Source: an uncultured Candidatus Saccharibacteria bacterium
Lineage (GTDB): Bacteria > Patescibacteriota > Minisyncoccia > Phycocordibacterales > CAIZLB01
Reading direction: 5' to 3'
DNA: 33,265 bases
NCBI GenBank assembly: GCA_964443365.1
Contig: CAYUCM010000002.1
Location: 1 to 33,265, forward strand
Part shown: positions 1 to 7,700 of the stretch, piece after piece
Position numbering within the stretch: position 1 is the stretch's first letter
How the letters are laid out: each line of letters opens with the position of its first letter
Made by a program: the position numbers and the translations under genes
The notes under the pieces: model-generated
Database searches by the model: none
What the model was told of the DNA's origin: nothing
The model's input: only the letters and a program-made list of their open reading frames with translations

Positions 1-262
1 ATGTACGATTAGGATCGTATTCAATAGTTTCTATCTTTGCAGGAATATCTTTCTTGTCATACTTGAAGTCAATTTGACGATAAAGTCTCTTGTGACCTCC
101 TCCCTTGTGTCTAGTTGTTATACGGCCAGTATTATTACGTCCTGATCCACGCTTGAAACCGTTTGTAAGCGGTTTATAAGGCTCGTCAGTAGTAAGAATC
201 TGTCTGTAATTGACTATAGCCATGTTTCGGCGTGAGGGGCTTGTTGGATTAAATCTTTTCAT
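1..262 (-). CDS. rplB: 50S ribosomal protein L2, N-terminal part (gene runs off the window start)
   Basis: Manual reverse translation from the ATG at 262-260 gives [87 protein letters not shown]. The GRNNxGRIT-RHxGGGHKRxYRxIDF and IEYDPNR motifs are L2 hallmarks. The position after rplW matches S10 operon order. Confidence 0.9.
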   Translation of the reverse strand, partial: MKRFNPTSPSRRNMAIVNYRQILTTDEPYKPLTNGFKRGSGRNNTGRITTRHKGGGHKRLYRQIDFKYDKKDIPAKIETIEYDPNRT

Positions 263-293
263 ATAATTTATATTACTTTGCGTGTCACGCTGA

Positions 294-590
294 TTATGCT
301 AAGTCTATTTTATCGCCTTTCTTTAAGAAAACATAAGCTTTCTTAACGGCACTTTTTGTTCCGACCTTTCCTCGTACAAATACTTTCTTTGCAGGAGTAT
401 TTACGATATTTACACTTACAGGCTTTACTTTATATAGAGCCTCAATTGATTTTGCGATAGACGCCTTGGTAGATCTTGGAGTAACCTCAAAGACATATTG
501 GTTTTCACCTGCCTTTACGGTTGCCTTTTCAGTAATACGAGGGCGCTTTATAACCTCCAATTGATGCTTCTTGATTGATATCTTTGTCAT
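294..590 (-). CDS. rplW: 50S ribosomal protein L23
   Basis: 98-aa ORF with an ATG start. It has an L23-like sequence (ITEKAT...YVFEV...KVNI) and lies between rplD and rplB as in the S10 operon. Confidence 0.95.
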   Translation of the reverse strand: MTKISIKKHQLEVIKRPRITEKATVKAGENQYVFEVTPRSTKASIAKSIEALYKVKPVSVNIVNTPAKKVFVRGKVGTKSAVKKAYVFLKKGDKIDLA

Positions 591-611
591 AGCTTTGGAT
601 TAGATTATTAG

Positions 612-1367
612 TTACTTTATTTTTGAAGTAAGAGTAACAAATGCATCTTCAGGTGAAGCAATGACCAAATACTTATACTGAAGAAGCGATACTGGATTAA
701 TATTGCGCAACTCGGAAACCTCAAAGCTTCCAAGATTTGAAAAGCCTCTCTTAACATTTTCCTCAAGTGCAGGAACAGTGATAAGTGCAGCATTTTTCTT
801 CTTTGTTGCAATCTTATCAAATCCTTGTACTTTAGAAATTCTGTCAACCATAGCTACTGCAAGCTTTGTTTTAGGTTCAGCTAGTTCAAGATTTTTAACG
901 AAGAGTATCTCACCATCTCTCCACTTTGCGGAAAGAATTGTAAATAGTGCCTTTGCTTTCATCTTTTTATTCACCTTTCTATCGTAATTTTTATCATTAC
1001 GAGGACCGTGAGCAACACCTCCACCCACCCAAATTGGAGAACGAGAAGAACCATGACGAGCACGTCCAGTTCCCTTTTGCTTCCATGGCTTTTTACCACC
1101 ACCAGCAACTTCACTTCTATCCTTTGTGTGTGCAACAGATTGTCTTCCGGCTGATTGTATTGAATTTACAACTTGAGCAACAAGATCACCATTCCAAGGA
1201 AGTCCAAAGACTTCTTCTGGAAGAGTTAATTTGCCAGCAGTATTACCCTCCACATCGTAAACATTTCCTTCTAGAGAAACTGCTACTTTTTCCTTTCTTG
1301 GTTTTTCTGCCTTTGGAGCTTTTTCAGCTTTCTTTGCAGATACCTTTTTTGTTGATGTTTTTTCCAT
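612..1367 (-). CDS. rplD: 50S ribosomal protein L4, with a Lys-rich N-terminal extension
   Basis: 251-aa ORF. The L4 core is present (GGGKKPWKQKGTGRARHGSxRSPIWxGGGxxHGP). The first ~30 aa are Lys/Glu/Ala-rich (KKVSAKKAEKAPKAEKPRKEK). Operon position is as expected. Confidence 0.95.
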   Translation of the reverse strand: MEKTSTKKVSAKKAEKAPKAEKPRKEKVAVSLEGNVYDVEGNTAGKLTLPEEVFGLPWNGDLVAQVVNSIQSAGRQSVAHTKDRSEVAGGGKKPWKQKGTGRARHGSSRSPIWVGGGVAHGPRNDKNYDRKVNKKMKAKALFTILSAKWRDGEILFVKNLELAEPKTKLAVAMVDRISKVQGFDKIATKKKNAALITVPALEENVKRGFSNLGSFEVSELRNINPVSLLQYKYLVIASPEDAFVTLTSKIK

Positions 1368-1395
1368 AAATTTTATTTAAGGTTTAGATAATATG

Positions 1396-1995
1396 CTAGG
1401 CGCGCACTTCTACTAATGTGCCTCTTCGACCTGGTACAGCACCGCGAACACAAAGTTCTCCGGTAGCTTTATCATATGAGATAACAGTTAGGTTTTTTAC
1501 AGTAACACGTTCTCCACCCATGCGTCCGGCCATACGAGTACCTTTAAATACTCTTTGATAACCACCAGCACCGATAGAACCCGGTTCACGTTCACTATGT
1601 TTTTGTCCATGAGAACGTGGTCCACCGTGAAAACCATGGCGTTTTACAACACCCTGAAATCCTTTTGATTTTGAAATTGCTGACACCTCCACCTTCTCAC
1701 CTGGAGTAAGTTCTGGATTAATACTCTCACCTATTGATGAGTCTTTTAGACCAGAAATTTCTCTCAAGTACTGGAAATTGCCGAGATCTTTCATTTGACC
1801 CCTTTGTGCTTTATTGATTCTACGTGGACTTTTAGATCCAAATCCAATCTGTACAGCCTCATATCCATCTTTTTCTACGGTTTTAACTTGCGTTACAATC
1901 ATAGGAGATGTCTTAAGAACCGTAACAGGATGAACTTTACCGTCTTCATCAAACAGCTGAGTCATATTCTGTTTTGTTCCGAGAATAAATTTCAT
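1396..1995 (-). CDS. rplC: 50S ribosomal protein L3
   Basis: L3 motifs are present (MKFILGTKQNMTQLF..., KGFQGVVKRHGF). The track ORF starts at a GTG (2016). The ATG at 1995 gives the canonical L3 N-terminus, so I prefer it. Confidence 0.92.
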   Translation of the reverse strand: MKFILGTKQNMTQLFDEDGKVHPVTVLKTSPMIVTQVKTVEKDGYEAVQIGFGSKSPRRINKAQRGQMKDLGNFQYLREISGLKDSSIGESINPELTPGEKVEVSAISKSKGFQGVVKRHGFHGGPRSHGQKHSEREPGSIGAGGYQRVFKGTRMAGRMGGERVTVKNLTVISYDKATGELCVRGAVPGRRGTLVEVRA

Positions 1996-2029
1996 GGTAG
2001 TTTTATAGGAATCCACTCTGAAAGTTAAA

Positions 2030-2383
2030 CTACATCATCTTTACGTCTATATTCACTCCTGAAGGAAGATTTAGGTTTGTTAGAGCCTCAATTACCTTTG
2101 CATTTGGATTGATTATATCAATTAAACGCTTGTGTATTCTCATCTCAAATTGTTCACGTGCATTTTTAAAGATGAACGATGAACGATTAACCGTATACTT
2201 CTTAATTTCTGTAGGAAGTGGCATAGGACCGACGATAGTAGCATCAAATCTAAGTGCTGTGTCCATAATTTGTTTAACAGACGCATCAATTATCTTTGAC
2301 TCATATGCGCGAACGCGAATACGTAGTCTTGATACACTATCCTCCTTTGTAGTTTTCTTTTTATGTGCTTCTTTTGTTGCCAT
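2030..2383 (-). CDS. rpsJ: 30S ribosomal protein S10
   Basis: 117-aa ORF with an S10 core (RIRVRAYESKIID...GPxPLPT...RSxFxxKxxREQFExRxHKRLIDI) and a ~15-aa basic N-terminal extension. Confidence 0.95.
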   Translation of the reverse strand: MATKEAHKKKTTKEDSVSRLRIRVRAYESKIIDASVKQIMDTALRFDATIVGPMPLPTEIKKYTVNRSSFIFKNAREQFEMRIHKRLIDIINPNAKVIEALTNLNLPSGVNIDVKMM

Positions 2384-2428
2384 AATGGCGTTTTTTAATT
2401 TTTTCTGAGTAAATTTCTAACTTTAAAG

Positions 2429-3622
2429 TTAGGCTACGATCTTTGTTACAACTCCGGCACCAACAGTTCTTCCACCTTCACGAATAGCTAGTCTTTGCTT
2501 TTCTTCAAGAGCAATAGGAGCTACAAGCTTAACTTTGAAAGTAACTGTGTCACCAGGCATAACCATGTCTACGCCTTCCTTTAGAGTAACCTCTCCTGTT
2601 ACGTCAGTTGTACGTACGTAGAACTGTGGTTTGTAACCTGAGAAGAATGGAGTGTGTCGACCGCCTTCTTCCTTCTTAAGGATATACACTTCAGCCTCAA
2701 ATTCTGTATGAGGAGTAATTGATCCTGGCTTTGAGATAACTTGTCCTCTCATAAGATCATCTTTCTTTACAGATCTTAGAAGAATACCAGCGTTGTCTCC
2801 TGCCATACCTTCTGTTAGTTGCTTATTGAACATTTCAATTCCTGTAACAACAGTCTTTTGAGTGTCCTTAAGACCAACGATTTCAATTTCCTCACCAATC
2901 TTAACTACACCCTTTTCAATCTTTCCTGTAACTACTGTTCCTCTTCCTTCAATTGAGAAGATATCTTCAATAGGCATCAAGAATGGCTTTTCAACCTCTC
3001 TTACAGGTTGTGGAATGTAAGTATCTAGAGCGTCTGCAAGTTCTAGGATTTTCTTTGACCACTCATCATTGTTATCTGCAGATTCAAGAGCCTTAAGAGC
3101 TGAACCTCTAATAACTGGAGCGTTTTCGTCAAATCCATTCTTTGCTAGAAGCTCTCTGATTTCTGCTTCAACAAGGTCTAGCATATCTGCATCCTCAACC
3201 ATATCACACTTGTTCATGAATACGATTATCTTTGGAACACCAACTTGCTTTGCAAGAAGAACGTGCTCACGTGTTTGTGGCATTGGTCCGTCTGTTGCAG
3301 CAACTACTAGGATAGCGCCGTCCATTTGAGCAGCACCAGTAATCATGTTTTTAATGTAATCAGCGTGACCTGGAGCGTCAATGTGTGCATAGTGACGAGC
3401 GTTTGTAGCATACTCACTGTGTGAAAGTGAAATTGTAATACCACGAGCCTTTTCTTCAGGTGCCTTGTCAATTTCTCCAACACCCTTAACTGTAGCTTGC
3501 ATACCTCCTCTATGTAGAACATTAAGGATTGCAGCTGTTAAAGTTGTCTTTCCGTGGTCAACGTGACCAATTGTTCCCACGTTTACGTGTGGTTTTGAAC
3601 GATCGAAATTTCCGGTTGCCAT
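2429..3622 (-). CDS. tuf: Elongation factor Tu
   Basis: 397 aa with [18 protein letters not shown] and NKCD G-motifs. Full length. Confidence 0.98.
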   Translation of the reverse strand: MATGNFDRSKPHVNVGTIGHVDHGKTTLTAAILNVLHRGGMQATVKGVGEIDKAPEEKARGITISLSHSEYATNARHYAHIDAPGHADYIKNMITGAAQMDGAILVVAATDGPMPQTREHVLLAKQVGVPKIIVFMNKCDMVEDADMLDLVEAEIRELLAKNGFDENAPVIRGSALKALESADNNDEWSKKILELADALDTYIPQPVREVEKPFLMPIEDIFSIEGRGTVVTGKIEKGVVKIGEEIEIVGLKDTQKTVVTGIEMFNKQLTEGMAGDNAGILLRSVKKDDLMRGQVISKPGSITPHTEFEAEVYILKKEEGGRHTPFFSGYKPQFYVRTTDVTGEVTLKEGVDMVMPGDTVTFKVKLVAPIALEEKQRLAIREGGRTVGAGVVTKIVA

Positions 3623-3876
3623 AATATTTGTTGATAATTATAGAATTGCGTGTTGTAGTTTATGGATATCGCCATAAAACACCCAATTTTTCTAATTAAT
3701 AAAATTAATTTTAATAAATTTCTCAAATTTCGTCTCTAGTGCTTCCCTTTGTATATAGCTTTATTATGTTTTTATCCTTAATATTGGCCTTAAATCAAAA
3801 GGAAGGTGCGAGAAGAAAACCGCCAAAAGGCGTTAACTGGATAATATCAGAAGGTGGGGGTTTGTCAATAAGAATT

Positions 3877-3904
3877 CAACCTCCAGCTGGGTAGCTGGAG
3901 GTTG
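3877..3904 (-). terminator. Perfect 12-bp stem / 4-nt loop hairpin directly after the 97-aa ORF
   Basis: caacctccagct-gggt-agctggaggttg, checked base by base. On the minus strand it is followed by aattcttattg. It lies 34 nt downstream of the TAG at 3938-3940. Confidence 0.55.
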
Positions 3905-3937
3905 TGAATTGTGGGATCGTGGATGTAATGGGCCATA

Positions 3938-4231
3938 CTAATCCCAGTGGTCAGATCCTCCGATTCCATTCTTGGCCAAGAGAACCTTCTTGACCATATA
4001 CAGAATCGCAACGATGGTGACGGCGCAGCCCATAGCCCCCAGAAAAAACCAAAGGGGTGTCTTGTTGGAAAAACCTTCCGTCTTCTCGTAAAACGAGCCC
4101 CACAACCTCCAACAAGAAGCTGCGATGACCGCCATGCCGTAGACCGCAAGACTCACCAGGAGGCACCAAGGTGACGAGCAAAGATTGTCTTTTCCCACGG
4201 GTTTGTTGAACCACTTTCTGAATGTTTTCAT
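3938..4231 (-). CDS. Small (97 aa) two-TM membrane protein of unknown function, encoded in a G+C-rich foreign cassette
   Basis: ATG at 4231 and TAG at 3940-3938. The N-terminus is basic (MKTFRKWFNKPVGK). There are two ~20-residue hydrophobic segments (WCLLVSLAVYGMAVIAASCW and LWFFLGAMGCAVTIVAILYMV), and the C-tail is basic then acidic. It is the only one of the four overlapping open frames that reads like a protein. Third codon positions are G/C-rich, unlike every neighbour. Confidence 0.55.
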   Translation of the reverse strand: MKTFRKWFNKPVGKDNLCSSPWCLLVSLAVYGMAVIAASCWRLWGSFYEKTEGFSNKTPLWFFLGAMGCAVTIVAILYMVKKVLLAKNGIGGSDHWD

Positions 4232-4309
4232 TGTAAAAATGAGGCCTTTCTGTCCTCAGGTTTATTGATTGATGTCCCGACACCTTTTTGTGACGGGAGA
4301 TCTGTCAAT

Positions 4310-4337
4310 ACTTTAATCTTTTTTATTCAGGTGTCAA
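4310..4337 (-). promoter_or_regulatory. Candidate sigma70-type promoter for the 97-aa gene
   Basis: The minus strand reads TTGACA (4337-4332), a 16-nt spacer, then TAAAGT (4315-4310). This is about 80 nt upstream of the ATG at 4231. Confidence 0.4.
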
Positions 4338-4363
4338 CAAAATATGGCACGACGCAAACAAAA

Positions 4364-4383
4364 ACACCCCACTTATGGAGTGT
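4364..4383 (-). terminator. Intrinsic terminator-like hairpin (second of two downstream of the fusA fragment)
   Basis: The minus strand reads ACACTCCA-TAAG-TGGGGTGT followed by TTTTTGTTTG. This is an 8-bp stem including one G-U pair. Confidence 0.5.
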
Positions 4384-4450
4384 TTTTGTTTTGATATTAT
4401 CTTTAAGCTATCATCTATTTGATTATAACAAATTTACTAACTATACAAAA

Positions 4451-4470
4451 ACACCCCATTTCTGGGATGT
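4451..4470 (-). terminator. Intrinsic terminator-like hairpin downstream of the fusA fragment
   Basis: The minus strand reads ACATCCCA-GAAA-TGGGGTGT followed by TTTTTGTATAG. It lies 36 nt after the stop codon of repeat copy A. Confidence 0.55.
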
Positions 4471-4505
4471 CTTTGCCAAAACTTTTTTGTTTTGCCTTGC
4501 TTGTA

Positions 4506-4706
4506 TTATTTCCTACTCTCCACAATTGTCTTCTCCACATTAGCTGGAACTGTATCGTAGTGATCAAATTCCATACTAACTGAACCTCTTCCTTGTGTCA
4601 TTGATCTGATGTCTGTTGTGTAACCAAACATTTCAGACAATGGAACCATGGCTCTAATAACTTTGATTCCACCTGCTCTATCGTCCATTCCTTCAATTTG
4701 TCCTCT
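4506..4706 (-). pseudogene. fusA: Orphan duplicate of the last 66 codons plus stop of fusA (EF-G domain V C-terminus)
   Basis: 100% identical over 201 nt to 8505-8705. It retains an in-frame ATG (4688) that gives the 60-aa peptide [10 protein letters not shown]...TIVESRK, identical to the EF-G C-terminus. No upstream fusA sequence is present. Confidence 0.85.
4506..4706. repeat. Direct repeat copy A (201 bp, perfect)
   Basis: Hand alignment with 8505-8705 shows every position identical. The flanking bases differ on both sides (4505 vs 8504, 4707 vs 8706). Confidence 0.97.
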
Positions 4707-4730
4707 TGATATTTTTTTATACGATAAACA

Positions 4731-7700
4731 TTATTCATCAATCTCATCTATTTCCTTAGGTTGACTGGGGTTATAATTCTCAGCTCTTTCCCAATCAATT
4801 GGAATGACACCTCCTACTTCACCAGTTTCTTCATTAAATTCAATTATCGTATCTTTTATCCTCCATCTTTTATCAATACCAAGTGTTGTCCTGAATAATT
4901 TAGCCATTTCCCCATTCTTTTCAGCAACTACCATCAGAATTACTTTGATTTGTTCTTCACTAAATTTACCCAAATCTTTTAAGTATTTATCAAAATTTCT
5001 TCCAGAAACTCCTTCTATTTTTTTCATAAGCAAATAACTACCATCTAGTTCCTCCTTACCAGAGACAAACCCCACAGGTTCTGCTGTTGGTAATCCAGCC
5101 TTTTTGGCAGAAATAAGAATAGAAAACTCTTTTCGGGCTTCTTTTGATTTTCTAAGTTCAATCTTTTTTGCTACAATTTCTGTTCCATCTGTCATTTTAA
5201 ACAAAATAATTTCTTCATCAGGAAATTCTCCCGTACCCTTACTGCCTTTTAATAATTCTCCATATGTATTCAAAAAACTCCTTGGATCATTAATAAATTC
5301 TTGTGGTAATTTCCTTGCATATTCTTGTCGTATACGAATAGTATAATGCTCAGAATCTAAATTCATATTACCAGAAGGTTCATGATGCAACTTCTCCTTT
5401 AGCCAATAATGACGCGCAATCGCCTGCTTAATCATCATGTATTCAAATTGCTCCAAAGGAGAAGTCGGCTCAGCGATAGGGCGGATTTTTCCGGTTTCGG
5501 GATCTTTTATTAATCCCACAGCGGTATTATCTAATTTAGCATTATGCTCAATATATTCAACAATTTCTGATCTGGCATTTTTTGGTATTCCCTTAATGCG
5601 ACGACCTGTGGTCTTAGCCGACAGTAAACGAATTCTTTTTTCAATATCATCACTATCAAAATCCATTATTTTCATTATCTGTTCGGGAATTGTGCCGGTA
5701 TAGCCAGTATCATAAAATAAAGGGTCCATATCCGGAGTAATTCTTTCTTGTGCCAAAAATGCACGCTTAGTTTTATAATCTAAGTTATCGCGAAAATATC
5801 TTGGGTAAACCGTATATTGCGGATTAATTTCAACAACCTCCCCCATTTCTCTAAGTTTTTTTCTTCCTTCAAGTCCCATTTTTCTACGACGAGCAACATC
5901 TTGTGCTCGTCTACCAATATATGCATAAATACCGTCTCTACCTAAATAAACTTCCAGTGGATTTCTGCCTGTCTCTCTTAAATTATCAAATTCTTCGTAA
6001 AGTTTATCATATAAAGGAATATCAACTTCGTAAGCTTTTATATATTTTTCGAATCCATAATGAAGAAGAGATTGTATGTCCTGCAACAAAACTTCACCTC
6101 TAGGGTAGTTGCCAGACCAATCTTTGTCATTTTCGTCAGTAACCACCTCTTCCTGCCTGTTCTTATTTCCAAGTTCATAGTTTAATTTATCTATATCTCC
6201 TTCATGTCTTTGTACTAAATAACGCGCAACCAAAGAACGAATGCTATCAATCAATGGGGTCATTTTAACCAAACCTGATTTTGGATTTAATAATACACTT
6301 TTATCTTCTTCATTAATTTTTGAATTTAGCTGAATATCCTTAAGAAAACCTTCGTAACATCCTTCTGTGATCCTTTTTACTTCCTCTAGAAACGGAAATA
6401 TCTCCTGGCTATTTATTCCCAAATTTTCCAGCTCTTTATCTTCTGGTTTTCCGCTCATTAATTCCGAAATCGCCAACGCTGTTTTAATTTGTTTATCTCC
6501 AAAACGCCAAGGGTGATCTTCAAATTGGTCAAAGTCTCTCAGTCCTTCATTATGATATCCCCCTTCATATCCATCATCATTATTATCTTCATACTGTGGT
6601 GTAGCTGAAATTTTTGCCTTTACAAGAGCCTGTTCCACCCACGTCAGACCCTTCCATTTATCTTTGATTTTCTTCGTTGTCCAGCCATCATCTTCTTCCA
6701 CTTCAAGAATAAACTTTTTAGCTACTGAATAATGCGATATTGCCTTGTTAATATTTTCCGCTACCCATGGTTGTTGATAATATTTATCAAGATTTTCAAC
6801 AAAATAATCTGCCAAGTTTTGATCTTTTTCTAAATTATCAAAAATCATATTCCTAGCTTTATCAAAAACCAAAGGAAGTATTTTTTGTTTTTCTTCATCT
6901 CCAAGATATGGAATAAATCTTATCAGACTAGATTCGGTAATCTTGTTTACTTGCTCTCTATCAAAAGCTTGTACCAAATCTTCAGCCCCATCTATAAGGT
7001 TTTTAATTTTACCAATTATTTCAAAGTTTTTATTATTATATAAAGACTTAATCTCTGCTTTTAAAAGTTTATATGTAAAATCACGCAACTCTTTATTGGG
7101 TTCTATTATTTCGATCCCCTCCTTCATGTAACCCAATTCTTCATTAAGGTCCTCTTCTATAACACTCATTTCACCTTCTGAAACCCCTTTTATGTTAGGT
7201 AAATTATATTCTTTTTTTGTAATTTTTTTAATTTCTTTCGGAACCAATAAACCATCAAAAAAATGTTGTGTAAGATCTACACTATTAGGGTTGAGCGACC
7301 AGTCTGACAAAATTTGCTTAAGCCATTCTTGTTTAGATTCCATGGATTTAAACATGTCTATACCTTTTTTGGTTAAATCAAATTCTTCTTCTGAAAAATT
7401 ACTATCAATATTCCCCATGAGTAATCCCGGAGTTATACCTTTTTGCATAAACTTTTGCGCTTTGACGATAAATAACCTTTGATCTTCAATCGTCATTTTA
7501 TTAAATTCTCCAACAAAAAAATCCCAAGTCGTGCTTTTATCATATTTGATTGACTTTACCACTATAGAAAGTCCATCATTCAATCCTACCAAACTACCCT
7601 TAGATAATTCTTTCCATTTATTAAAAACATCATCAGGCTCATAAATTTTTTTGCCCTTATCGTCTTTTTTATCGGAGATTTTAATCTTTCCAAAAATATT

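Noticed and set aside
617-3329. ORFs nested in or antisense to rplD, rplC, rpsJ and tuf: 617-847, 703-987, 947-1369, 1795-2028, 2109-2408 and 3069-3329.
   Set aside because: They are embedded in highly conserved ribosomal and EF-Tu genes, so they are spurious. The same reasoning applies to 9392-9637, 9826-10080, 10007-10228 and 11034-11237, and to the nested ORFs in comEC, rnhA, recJ, HIT, pgk/tpiA, the pilus genes and the ABC gene.
3877-3910. The hairpin could be an integron attC site. The minus strand shows GTTGAAT, which matches GTTRRRY, at the hairpin's 3' end.
   Set aside because: The stem is a perfect 12-bp palindrome with a 4-nt loop. It lacks the imperfect bipartite R/L-box structure, the extrahelical bases and a matching inverse core (RYYYAAC). 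There is no integron integrase. A terminator is the simpler reading.
3865-4283. Three other ORFs overlap the 97-aa gene: 3865-4149 (-), 3951-4283 (-) and 3947-4174 (+).
   Set aside because: They are Arg/Gly/Ser/Pro-rich with no hydrophobic periodicity. This is typical off-frame readthrough of stop-poor G+C-rich DNA. Only 3938-4231 has a coherent membrane-protein sequence plus a promoter and terminator.
3865-4300. The G+C-rich block could be a structured RNA (RNase P RNA, tmRNA or a large ncRNA), since structured RNAs are the usual G+C-rich islands in AT-rich genomes.
   Set aside because: I could not find the RNase P P4-type GGAAAGTCCGG element or a tRNA-like 3' end with a T-loop. The region contains a clean two-TM ORF. 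This is not fully excluded, and a covariance-model scan (Rfam/Infernal) would settle it.
4265-4543. Plus-strand 92-aa ORF.
   Set aside because: It runs across two terminator hairpins, a promoter-like element and the start of the fusA repeat. It has low complexity and no start context.
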